From contig VBKG01000326.1 of assembly GCA_005879585.1 (NCBI GenBank), positions 1,205-65,204 of the forward strand: 64,000 nucleotides of DNA. Direction: 5' to 3'. Made by a program: the position numbers and the translations under genes. The stretch is from Deltaproteobacteria bacterium (GTDB lineage Bacteria; Desulfobacterota; Binatia; DP-6). Shown here piece by piece: positions 48,708 through 57,701 of this stretch (the first letter of the stretch is position 1; each line of letters starts with the position of its first letter). The notes beneath the pieces were generated by a model that saw nothing but the letters and a program-made list of their open reading frames with translations, made no database searches and was not told the origin of the DNA.

Positions 48708-50471
48708 TTGCGGGCACCCGATGACCGTCCTAGTAGCCGCGCGGTGGACCTCGGCGCCCTCGTCGCAGAGCTGAAGGCGTCGACGGACACTTTTGGCCCG
48801 CTCGTGCGGCGGCAGGCGGAGGCGTTTCCCGATCGGGTCGCCCTCGCGTTCGAGCACGACGCGCTCACGTACGGGACGTACAACGACGAGGTGAATCGGC
48901 TCGCCCACTGCCTGCGCCACGCCGGCGTTCGCCGGGGCGAGCCGGTGGCGATCCTGTGTCCCAACAGCCCGCTCTTCCTCGCCAGCATCGGTGCCGTGGC
49001 GAAGCTCGGGGCGATCGGGGCGCTCATCAATACACACGTCCGCGGCGCCGGGCTTACCGCAGTGTGCCGGGCGTCGGGCGCGACGGTCGGCATCTGCGAC
49101 GCCGAGGCGCTGCCGTTCCTCGCTGCCGTCCAGGACGCACATCCGGTACGCTTTCTCGCCGACGCGGCGGCCGACGCGGCCCTCCCCGCCGACGCGCGTC
49201 CGCTCGAGCGCCCCGCGCGCGCGGATGAGCCCGACATCCCCGACGTCCGCGGCGGGGATGTCTTCCTCTACATCTACACCTCGGGCACGACCGGGTATCC
49301 GAAGCCCGCCATCGTCCGCCATCTCCGCTTCACGATGGCCGGCATCGGCCTCGCCCCGCTCCTCGGCCTGGAGGAGGGCGAGACGATCTACGCGCCGCTG
49401 CCGCTCTATCACGGGGAAAGCCTGTTCGTCGGCTTCGCGCCCGCCTTTCGCGTCGGCGGCACGTTCGCCTCGCGCCGGCGCTTTGCGGCGCACGCCTTCC
49501 TCGACGACGTCCGCCGCCATCGCGCGGTCGCCTTCGTGTACGTGGGCGAGCTGTGCCGGTACCTCCTCCGGCAGTCGCCCACCCCCGCCGACCGCGACCA
49601 CGGGCTGCGGGTCGCCGCAGGCGCCGGCCTCCGTGCCGACATCTGGGTCGCCTTCCAGGAGCGCTTCGGGGTTCCCCGCATCATCGAGATGTACGGCGCG
49701 ACCGAAGGGAACGTCGCGCTGCACAACGCCGACGGGCGGGTCGGCTCCGTCGGCAAGCCCCACCCGCTGCTCGAGGACAACGTCCGCCTCGGGCGCTTCG
49801 ACGGCGCTCGCGGCGAGCTCGTCCGTGACGCGCACGGGTGCTGCGTCCCCTGTGAGCCCGGAGAGACCGGCGAGCTCCTCGGACGCGTCGGCGGCACCGG
49901 CGGGTCCATGGAGTACGACGGCTACACCGACCGCCAGGCGACGGAGGCAAAGCTCGTGCGCGACGCCTTCCTCCCCGGCGACGTCTGGTTCCGGAGCGGC
50001 GACCTCCTCCGGCGCGACGCCGACGGCTACTACTACTTCGTCGACCGCATCGGCGACACGTTCCGCTGGAAGGGCGAGAACGTCGCGACCCAGGAGGTCG
50101 CCGACGTGCTGAACGGCGCTCCGGGCGTCACCGAGACGAACGTCTACGGCGTCACGGTGCCCGGCGCCGACGGCCGCGCGGGCATGGCGGCGGTCGTGCT
50201 GGCGCCGGCGGCCGTCTTCGACGCGCCGGCGTTCTACGCGCATGCGGAGCGCCACCTGCCGGCCTACGCCCGGCCGGCTTTCGTTCGCCTCGTCCGCGAG
50301 ATGGACGTGACGGGCACGCTCAAGCAACGCAAGGTGGCACTCGCCGAGGAGGCGTACGATCCAACGAGGATCCGAGACCCGCTGTTCGTCCGGGACGACG
50401 CCGCGCGGACCTACGTGCCGCTCACGCCAGCCGTCGTCCAGGAGATCGCGACGGGCGGGCGCCGCTTCTGA
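48708..50471 (+). CDS. fadD: Long-chain-fatty-acid--CoA ligase (AMP-binding enzyme family)
   Basis: AMP-binding motif YIYTSGTTGYPKPA plus GELCRY and YGATE motifs. TTG 48708 is the first in-frame start, so the exact start is uncertain. Confidence 0.85.
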   Translation: MRAPDDRPSSRAVDLGALVAELKASTDTFGPLVRRQAEAFPDRVALAFEHDALTYGTYNDEVNRLAHCLRHAGVRRGEPVAILCPNSPLFLASIGAVAKLGAIGALINTHVRGAGLTAVCRASGATVGICDAEALPFLAAVQDAHPVRFLADAAADAALPADARPLERPARADEPDIPDVRGGDVFLYIYTSGTTGYPKPAIVRHLRFTMAGIGLAPLLGLEEGETIYAPLPLYHGESLFVGFAPAFRVGGTFASRRRFAAHAFLDDVRRHRAVAFVYVGELCRYLLRQSPTPADRDHGLRVAAGAGLRADIWVAFQERFGVPRIIEMYGATEGNVALHNADGRVGSVGKPHPLLEDNVRLGRFDGARGELVRDAHGCCVPCEPGETGELLGRVGGTGGSMEYDGYTDRQATEAKLVRDAFLPGDVWFRSGDLLRRDADGYYYFVDRIGDTFRWKGENVATQEVADVLNGAPGVTETNVYGVTVPGADGRAGMAAVVLAPAAVFDAPAFYAHAERHLPAYARPAFVRLVREMDVTGTLKQRKVALAEEAYDPTRIRDPLFVRDDAARTYVPLTPAVVQEIATGGRRF

Positions 50472-50630
50472 TCCGCGGTCCTCTCGCTGCTGTTTTTTTG
50501 GGCCATCGCCCAGCGAACGAGCAGCGCACGTGGGGCGCGGCTGGCACGGCCCGCGCCGCCCGAGGGGCGCGCGCGACGTCCACATGGCATGTCGGTTGCT
50601 CCGCGAACCCGCCGGGGAAAGGAGGGGCGT

Positions 50631-52175
50631 ATGCCTCAAGACACAAGCGGCGTGAAGCCGACGCTCGGGCTCACCGGCGTCACCGTGAACGCGATGGCGC
50701 TGATCGCGCCGGGCGCATTTCTGTGGATCACCTACCAGTTGCAGGCGGCGGCCACGGCGCCGGACGGCAGTTCCGTGGCGAGCGACATCTGGGCGGGAAT
50801 CGGGTTCGCGCTGATCCTCGCGTTCCTCACCGCGATCTCCTACGCGCAGCTCGCGCGCATCTATCCGGAGGCGGGCTTCGGCAGCTGCTACTACTTCGCC
50901 GAGAAGGCCTTCCTCGACCGGGAGAACAAGGAGCACCATCGCTGGGCCCGGCTCGCCAAGATCGTCACGGGGTGGGCCGCACACCTCTTCTACTGGGTCT
51001 ATCCCGGCGTCATGGTCGCGATGATGGCGACGCTCGTGAGCTACGTCTACAACCAGCTCACCGGCAACACCATGTCGGTCACGTCGATGATCATCTTCTC
51101 CGGGTTCTTCGCCGCGCTCACGGGCTACATCGCGTTCCGCGGCGTCACCGGCTCGACGTTCACGTCGCTCATGATCAATGTCATCCAGCTGAGCACGCTC
51201 GTCCTCTTCAGCGTGCTCGCGATCTACTATCGGCTCGGCAACCCCGAGCACGCCACGCAGTGGCACTTCTCGGGCGGCTGGGACGTCATCCGGCCGCACT
51301 CGTTGCAAGGCATCCTCATCCAATCGACGATTGCGATCCTGATCCTGGTCGGCTTCGAGAGCTGCACCGCGTTCGCGGCCGAGACCGTCGACCCGCACAA
51401 GAACATCCCGCGCGCCGTGATCCTCTCGCTCGTCATCCAGGGTCTCATCGCGTACCTGTTCGAGTACTTCGCCGCCGGCTTCATGGTGAGCGAGAAGCTC
51501 GCCGGCACGGACAGCACCGGCGCAGCCGTGACCGGCCTGGCAGCCGCGGCCGCCTCGAGCGCGCCCATCGGCGACATGGCGATCCGGGTCGGCGACGCCG
51601 TGCTCGGCGGCATCGGATTCGCGCTCATGATCACGATCGCCGTCACGGTCGGTCTCGCGATCCTCGGCACGACGCTCAGCTGTCTCAACACCGCCGTCCG
51701 CGTCAGCTATGCGATGGCGCAGGATCGGGAGATGCCCGAGATCCTCGGCGCCCTGCACGGCCGCTTCGCCACACCGCACCGGGCGATCTGGGTGCTGGTG
51801 GTGGTGTCGACGCTGATCGCCGCCATCGGCGTGCAGTCGGTCGTCGGGCTCACCGGCATCGGCCTCGCGTCGAACTTCGGCACGTTCGTCCTCTACGGGC
51901 TCACCTGCATGTGGTGCATCATCGCGTTCGCCGGGCGTCCGGATTTCAGCTTCCTGAAGCACGTCCTCGTGCCGGGCGTCGGCCTGGTCATGAACGTCGC
52001 CATGCTCGGCGCGATTCTCTATCTCTACGTGATCGGGAACGCCGATGCTCAGCACGAGGCCTACATCTGTCTCGGGATCGCCGGCGGCTGGGCGGTGATC
52101 AGCGTCCTCTACGTGGCGCTCAGTGGCATGCGCACCGGGCGCAAGCTGATGCCGGCGACGCGATCCGTGGCGTAA
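50631..52175 (+). CDS. APC-family amino acid/polyamine permease
   Basis: 12-TM APC transporter fold. ATG 50631 is preceded by the RBS GGAAAGGAGGGG; the 14-aa upstream extension of the track ORF was rejected. Confidence 0.85.
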   Translation: MPQDTSGVKPTLGLTGVTVNAMALIAPGAFLWITYQLQAAATAPDGSSVASDIWAGIGFALILAFLTAISYAQLARIYPEAGFGSCYYFAEKAFLDRENKEHHRWARLAKIVTGWAAHLFYWVYPGVMVAMMATLVSYVYNQLTGNTMSVTSMIIFSGFFAALTGYIAFRGVTGSTFTSLMINVIQLSTLVLFSVLAIYYRLGNPEHATQWHFSGGWDVIRPHSLQGILIQSTIAILILVGFESCTAFAAETVDPHKNIPRAVILSLVIQGLIAYLFEYFAAGFMVSEKLAGTDSTGAAVTGLAAAAASSAPIGDMAIRVGDAVLGGIGFALMITIAVTVGLAILGTTLSCLNTAVRVSYAMAQDREMPEILGALHGRFATPHRAIWVLVVVSTLIAAIGVQSVVGLTGIGLASNFGTFVLYGLTCMWCIIAFAGRPDFSFLKHVLVPGVGLVMNVAMLGAILYLYVIGNADAQHEAYICLGIAGGWAVISVLYVALSGMRTGRKLMPATRSVA

Positions 52176-52201
52176 ACTCCTCTAACGTTCGCACCACCTT
52201 C

Positions 52202-52228
52202 GGGCCGGCGGCACGCTGCCGCCGGCCC
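52202..52228 (+). terminator. GC-rich stem-loop (11-bp perfect stem) after the permease gene
   Basis: GGGCCGGCGGC-acgct-GCCGCCGGCCC, 27 nt after the TAA at 52173..52175; weak U-tract. Confidence 0.45.
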
Positions 52229-52236
52229 GTGTCGTC

Positions 52237-53007
52237 ATGCCCGAGATCGAGTTCTTCCAGCTGACCGACATCGGCTGCGTCCGCACCGAGAACGAGGACG
52301 CGGTCGGCCACTGGCCGCACGAGGACGGCCTCGTCTTCGCGGTGGCGGACGGGATCGGCGGCCACGCCGGCGGCGAAATCGCGAGCAACCTCGCGCTCGA
52401 GGTGCTGGCGCGCGAGATGGACCGCGCGCCGGGCAGCTGGCCGGTCGGGAAGCGCCTGCGGCGCGCCGTGCAGGAGGCGAACCTCGAGATCTATACGAAG
52501 GGGATCACCGTACCGGAGCTCCGCCGGATGGGAACGACGCTCACGGCGAGCGCCGTCGTCGGCGGCACGCTCGTCGCTGCGCACGTCGGCGACTGCCGAC
52601 TGTTCCTGTTCCGCGAGCGGAAGCTCACGCAGCTCACCAAGGACCACACGTGGGTGGCGGAGCAGATGCAGTACGGGATCCTGTCGCCGGAGGAGGCGCG
52701 CACGCATGAGCGGCGCCACATAGTGACCCGCTCCCTCGGGCAGGAGCTGATCGTCGGCATCGACGTGCTGAGCCTCGACGTCATGCCGGGCGACGTGCTG
52801 CTCCAGTGCAGCGACGGCATTCACGGGGCCCTCGAGGAGCCGGAGGTCGTGGAGCTGCTCGCGGCGCATCCGCCGGAGGCGGCCTGCCGCGCCCTCGTCC
52901 GCCGGGCACGCGAAGAAGGGGGCGAGGACAACCTGAGCGCTCAGATCGCGTGTATCCTCGACTGTCCGCCGCCCACTGCGCGTCCGTGGTGGCGGTTCGG
53001 TCGCTGA
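52237..53007 (+). CDS. PP2C-family serine/threonine protein phosphatase
   Basis: PP2C motifs (DGIGGHAGGEIAS, HVGDCR, SDGIHG). Confidence 0.85.
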   Translation: MPEIEFFQLTDIGCVRTENEDAVGHWPHEDGLVFAVADGIGGHAGGEIASNLALEVLAREMDRAPGSWPVGKRLRRAVQEANLEIYTKGITVPELRRMGTTLTASAVVGGTLVAAHVGDCRLFLFRERKLTQLTKDHTWVAEQMQYGILSPEEARTHERRHIVTRSLGQELIVGIDVLSLDVMPGDVLLQCSDGIHGALEEPEVVELLAAHPPEAACRALVRRAREEGGEDNLSAQIACILDCPPPTARPWWRFGR

Positions 53008-53054
53008 CCGGCGTCCGCTTGCCGGCCTGACCCGCCGGCCGCTAAGGTCGCGCG

Positions 53055-54014
53055 ATGGGAGACCTCGCCCCCGGCGAGACCGTCGACCAGTACCAGGTCC
53101 TCGACGTCATCGCGCGCAGCGGCATGGCCACCATCTTCCGGGCGCGCGATCTCGAGAACGGCCACACGGTCGCGCTCAAGGTGCCGCATCTGCAGTACGC
53201 GAGCGACATGGTCTTCCACGAGCGCTTCAAGCGCGAGGAAGAGATCGGCCAGCGCCTGGACCACCCCGCCGTCATCAAGGTCTTCCAGCCGCGCGAGAAG
53301 AGCCGCCTCTACCTCGCCATGGAGTACGTCGACGGCGAGCTGCTGCGCGACCGTCTCCGCCGAGAGCGCCGCCTGCCCAGCGAGACCGCCGTCGCGCTGG
53401 CCATCGCCATCGCCGACGCGCTCGCCTACCTGCACGACCACGGCGTCGTCCACCGCGACCTCAAGCCCGAGAACATCATGGTCACCGCGGACCGCCGGGT
53501 GAAGCTCGTCGACTTCGGCATCGCGCTCGACACGACGCTCCGGAAGATGACGTGGGCGGGCCTGTCCCAGACGGTCGGGACGCCGGACTACATGGCGCCG
53601 GAGCAGGTGAAGGGCAAGCGGGGCGACGCGCGGAGCGACCTCTACGCCCTCGGTGTCATCCTCTACGAGATGCTGACCGGCGAGACGCCCTTCCAGGGTG
53701 ACAACGTCTATGCCGCGATGCGCGCCAAGCTCCAGGACGACCCGACCCCGCCCCGCCGTCTCCGGCCCGACATCTCGCCGGCGCTCGAGGAAATCATCCT
53801 CCACGCGCTCGAGCGCGATCCGCGCGACCGCCCGGAAAGCGCTCTCGAGCTGCGCGAGGCGCTCGCCCACCCCGACAGCGTGGTCCTGACCGGCCGCGCC
53901 TCCCGCCAGCGGCCAAAGCCGAGGATGCCGCGCTGGGTGCGCACGCTTCTCGCGATCGCCGCCGCCGGCGCGGGATACGGCCTGCTCTTCTGGGCCCTGT
54001 CGCACGCCGGCTAA
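53055..54014 (+). CDS. Hanks-type serine/threonine protein kinase with C-terminal TM anchor
   Basis: VALK, HRDLKPEN, DFG and APE motifs; C-terminal hydrophobic segment. Confidence 0.9.
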   Translation: MGDLAPGETVDQYQVLDVIARSGMATIFRARDLENGHTVALKVPHLQYASDMVFHERFKREEEIGQRLDHPAVIKVFQPREKSRLYLAMEYVDGELLRDRLRRERRLPSETAVALAIAIADALAYLHDHGVVHRDLKPENIMVTADRRVKLVDFGIALDTTLRKMTWAGLSQTVGTPDYMAPEQVKGKRGDARSDLYALGVILYEMLTGETPFQGDNVYAAMRAKLQDDPTPPRRLRPDISPALEEIILHALERDPRDRPESALELREALAHPDSVVLTGRASRQRPKPRMPRWVRTLLAIAAAGAGYGLLFWALSHAG

Positions 54015-54030
54015 GAGCGCGACCCGAGAC

Positions 54031-54846
54031 TCATGTCTCGGGTCGGAGCGGGTGCTTCGTGAGGAACCGCAAGATGCGCTCGGTGCACGGCTTCGGTGTT
54101 TCCAGAAAGCATGCGTGTCCCGTCGCCGGGACCAGCATCACCTCGCCCGCGGGCAGCGCCGCGGCGAGCGCGCGCGCGTAGCGCGGGGGCGTCAGGATGT
54201 CGTCCTCGCCGACCAGGACGAGCGACGGGGTACGGAGGAGTGGAACCAGGTCGAGCGTGTCGTGCGCGAGGCAGGCGTCGACCTGCCGCTGATACGCGGG
54301 AACCGACTTCAAGACGCCGCGCTCGGCGAGCGCTGCCTGCCAGGCGCGCACCTCGGGTGCGGGGTTCTGGAAGAACCGGTAGGTGAACGCCCACGGCGTC
54401 TGAGCGCGGAGCAACGCTTCGGGCGACAGGCGCTCCGCCATGAGCCGCCAGCTCGCGAGGATCGTCGCGAGGAAGGCGTCGGTGCGGCCCCAGGTGGAGA
54501 GAAGGACGAGGCTCGCGACCCGCGTCGGCGCCTGCAGCGCCACGCGCTGGGCGATCGCACCGCCCATCGACGCGCCGATGACGTGGAAGCGCTCGACGCC
54601 GACCGCGTCCATGACGGCGAGCGCGTCGACGGCCATGTCGTCGAGGCTGTACGGCCCCGGCGCCTCGTCGCTGGCGCCCGCGTCCCGGTTGTCGACGAGG
54701 ACGAGCCGGTGGCGGCGCGCGAGCTCCGGCCGGACGAGGTCCCAGGCGTGATGCTCGCCGCCGAGCCCCATCAGCAGGAGCGCGGGCTCGCCGGCCCCGT
54801 CCGTGTCGTAGAAGACCTCGAGCGCGCCGGCTCGCACGCGGGGCAT
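54031..54846 (-). CDS. Alpha/beta-fold hydrolase
   Basis: Nucleophile elbow GASMGG and the HGG-like LLLMGLGG. ATG 54846; 36 aa of the track ORF trimmed. Confidence 0.8.
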   Translation of the reverse strand: MPRVRAGALEVFYDTDGAGEPALLLMGLGGEHHAWDLVRPELARRHRLVLVDNRDAGASDEAPGPYSLDDMAVDALAVMDAVGVERFHVIGASMGGAIAQRVALQAPTRVASLVLLSTWGRTDAFLATILASWRLMAERLSPEALLRAQTPWAFTYRFFQNPAPEVRAWQAALAERGVLKSVPAYQRQVDACLAHDTLDLVPLLRTPSLVLVGEDDILTPPRYARALAAALPAGEVMLVPATGHACFLETPKPCTERILRFLTKHPLRPET

Positions 54847-54931
54847 GGCGCGCGCACTGTTGGCCGGGCCGCGGCCGCAAGTCAACCGCGCCGCCTTGCG
54901 TGTGCCGCGCACGTCGCGTACCACGCCGGCC

Positions 54932-55588
54932 ATGCACGAGAAGTTCACCCGCATGACGCCCGCGCTCTACGACTACCTCGTCGCGCACGCGCCGCCGCCC
55001 GACGCGGTCCTCCAGGACCTTGCGGCGGAGACAGCCGCGCTCGGGCCGATCAGCCGGATGCAGGTCGCGGTGGAGGAGGCGGCGTTCCTCGGCTGGCTCG
55101 CGCGGGTGATCGGCGCCCGCCGCGCGGTCGAGGTCGGCACGTTCACGGGCTACAGCGCGATCGCCATGGCCCGCGGGCTCCGGCCCGACGGGCATCTCCT
55201 CTGCTGCGACGTCAGTGAGGAATGGGCGGCCGTCGCCCGCCGCTACTTCGCGCGTGCCGGTGTCGCCGACCGGATCACGTTGAAGATCGCCCCCGCCCTG
55301 GAGACGCTCCGCGCCCTCCCGCCGGCCGCCGACGTCGACCTCGCCTTCATCGATGCCGACAAGGAGAGCTACCAGACCTACTACGAGGAGCTCCTGCCCC
55401 GCCTCCGGCCGAACGGCGTGCTCATCTTCGACAACGTCCTCTGGTCCGGCCACGTGATCGACCCGGACGACCACTCGACGTCGACGGAGGCGATCCGTGC
55501 GCTGAACGACGCCGTCGCCCGCGACCGGCGGGTGGAGGCCGTCATGTTGCCCGTCTCCGACGGCATCACGCTCGTCCGGAAGCTATAG
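54932..55588 (+). CDS. Class I SAM-dependent O-methyltransferase (caffeoyl-CoA OMT-like, family 3)
   Basis: VEVGTFTGYSAIAMA, DLAFIDADKESY and LIFDNVLW motifs. ATG 54932. Confidence 0.8.
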   Translation: MHEKFTRMTPALYDYLVAHAPPPDAVLQDLAAETAALGPISRMQVAVEEAAFLGWLARVIGARRAVEVGTFTGYSAIAMARGLRPDGHLLCCDVSEEWAAVARRYFARAGVADRITLKIAPALETLRALPPAADVDLAFIDADKESYQTYYEELLPRLRPNGVLIFDNVLWSGHVIDPDDHSTSTEAIRALNDAVARDRRVEAVMLPVSDGITLVRKL

Positions 55589-55663
55589 GCCGCACGACCG
55601 AATCGGTTTGACGGCTCGCGGCCGGTCTCGCTATGGTCGCGCCCCTCGAAGGAGGACGCTCAG

Positions 55664-56812
55664 ATGCGCTCGACCGCCTGCCTGCTCGTCATCGGCCTGC
55701 TGCTCGCCGCGTCACCCGCCGGCGCCGCCGTCATCCGCGTGCGTGCCGGCCACTCGATCCAGGCGGCCGTGGATGCCGCGAATCCGGGTGACCACATCCT
55801 CGTCTACCCGGGGACGTACCACGAGGCGGGCACGCCCTGCCCGACCGACCCCGGCCACCAGTGCGCCGTCGTCGTGACGAAGGACGACGTGAAGCTGATC
55901 GGTCGGCCCCAGAAGACGAAGCCCGTGATCGTCGAGAACGCCGGCGGTCAGGACCAGGGGATCGCCTTCGCCAAGAGCGGCGCCAGCGGGCCCGACTGCC
56001 TCACCGATCCGGCGCAGCGCATCAAGGGCGTCGGCATCGAGGGAATCACCATCAACGGCTTCAGCGGCGAGGGCGCGTTCATCTTCTGCGCCGACGACTG
56101 GCGTGTCCACTCGACGACCGCCAACGACAACGGCGAGTACGGCATCTTCCCCTCGCACTGCGGTCCCGGCCGCATCACCAAGAGCACGGCCACCGGCTCC
56201 AACGACACCGGTATCTATATCGGACAGTCGCACGACGTGCGGGTGGACCACAACTTCGCCACCGGCAACGTCAGCGGTTTCGAGATCGAGAACTCCTCGG
56301 GCGTCCGCCTCGACCACAACGAGGCGACGGGGAACACGGGCGGCATCCTGTCCTTCACGCTGCCCGGTCTCGACGTTCCGCTGAACCACGACAACCGGAT
56401 CGACCACAACTACAGCCACGACAACAACAAGCCGAACACGTGCCTCGACCCCGGCGACGACGTCTGCCTCGTGCCGCAGGGCACCGGAATGCTCGTCCTC
56501 GCCGCGGACGCGAACGAAATCGACCACAACGTCGTGACGGGCAACGACACGGGCGGCATCGCCCTCGTGACCGGCTGCCTGGTCGCGAGCTGCACGCCGG
56601 CTCCGCCCCCCGGCTACGATCCCGCGCCGGAGAACGACCGGTTCGAGCACAACACGGTCACGGGCAACGGCCACTCCCCCGATCCGTCCTACGCCTTCCT
56701 CGCGGCGGACCTCATCTACTTGCCCGCGGGCGGCACGGGCGATTGCTGGCACGACAACACGTTCATGACGCAGTTCCCGCCGGCGCCGCCCGCCTTACCA
56801 GCGTGCCCGTAG
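55664..56812 (+). CDS. Secreted right-handed parallel beta-helix repeat protein (pectate-lyase/NosD-like)
   Basis: Signal peptide MRSTACLLVIGLLLAASPAGAA. Repeated beta-helix turns (DNGEYGIF, NDTGIYI, GNVSGFEI, GNTGGILSF, NDTGGIAL) and multiple Cys. A sigma70-like promoter TTGACG-18-TATGGT and the RBS GAAGGAGG lie upstream. Confidence 0.75.
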   Translation: MRSTACLLVIGLLLAASPAGAAVIRVRAGHSIQAAVDAANPGDHILVYPGTYHEAGTPCPTDPGHQCAVVVTKDDVKLIGRPQKTKPVIVENAGGQDQGIAFAKSGASGPDCLTDPAQRIKGVGIEGITINGFSGEGAFIFCADDWRVHSTTANDNGEYGIFPSHCGPGRITKSTATGSNDTGIYIGQSHDVRVDHNFATGNVSGFEIENSSGVRLDHNEATGNTGGILSFTLPGLDVPLNHDNRIDHNYSHDNNKPNTCLDPGDDVCLVPQGTGMLVLAADANEIDHNVVTGNDTGGIALVTGCLVASCTPAPPPGYDPAPENDRFEHNTVTGNGHSPDPSYAFLAADLIYLPAGGTGDCWHDNTFMTQFPPAPPALPACP

Positions 56813-56822
56813 GCGGCCGATC

Positions 56823-57701
56823 TCAGCGCACGCTCGCGCGGAGGGCGCCGAGGACCTCCGGGTACTGCCAGCGATAGCCGACGCGCTCGGCGGCGCGCGG
56901 GAAGACGCGCTGCCCGGTGAGGAGCACGTCCGCCATCTCGCCGAGCGCGAGGCGCAACACGACCGCCGGCACCGGGATCGCTGCGGGACGGGCGAGCACG
57001 CGCCCGAGCGCGGCTACGAAGTCCCGGTTCCGGACCGGCTGCGGCGCGGTCGCGTTCACCGCGCCGTGGTATCCGTCATTCGCCAGCGCGTCGACGACGA
57101 GACCGGTGACGTCGCCGCGGTGGATCCACGAAACCCATTGCTCGCCGTCACCCAGCCGTCCGCCGACGAAGGCGCGAAACGGGGGCAACATCCGGCCGAG
57201 CGCGCCGCCGTCGCCGGCGAGCACCATTCCGAGCCGCAACCGCACGACCCGCATCCCGACGGCCTCGGCGCGCGAGGCTTCGTCCTCCCATGGCCGGCAC
57301 ACCTCGGTGAGGAACCCCGCGCCCGGCGCGGAGGTCTCGTCGAGCGCCTCGTCGCCGCGCGCGCCGTAGTACCCGACGGCCGAGGCGCTGATCAGGATCC
57401 GTGGCCTCGGCTTCGCGGCGCGGGCGGCGTCGACCACGGCCCGCGTCGCCTCCACGCGGCTCTGGAGGATCGCGGCCTTCCGCGCCGCCGACCACCGGCC
57501 GCTGGCGATCGACTCGCCGGCGAGGTTCACGACCGCGTCGGCGGTGCGGATCGCCTGCGGGACGGCGTCCCAGCGGACGGCGTCGCCGGAGACCTGGCCC
57601 GGCTCGCGACTGACGACGGTCACTGCGTGGCCCGCCCCGCGTAGCGCGTGACAGACGGCGCCACCGATGAAGCCGGTGCCGCCCGTCACGAGGACGCGCA
57701 C
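56823..57701 (-). CDS. TIGR01777-family NAD-dependent epimerase/dehydratase (YfcH-like, DUF1731 C-terminus)
   Basis: Rossmann motif VLVTGGTGFIGG and a C-terminal DUF1731-like region. GTG 57701; 292 aa. Confidence 0.8.
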   Translation of the reverse strand: MRVLVTGGTGFIGGAVCHALRGAGHAVTVVSREPGQVSGDAVRWDAVPQAIRTADAVVNLAGESIASGRWSAARKAAILQSRVEATRAVVDAARAAKPRPRILISASAVGYYGARGDEALDETSAPGAGFLTEVCRPWEDEASRAEAVGMRVVRLRLGMVLAGDGGALGRMLPPFRAFVGGRLGDGEQWVSWIHRGDVTGLVVDALANDGYHGAVNATAPQPVRNRDFVAALGRVLARPAAIPVPAVVLRLALGEMADVLLTGQRVFPRAAERVGYRWQYPEVLGALRASVR

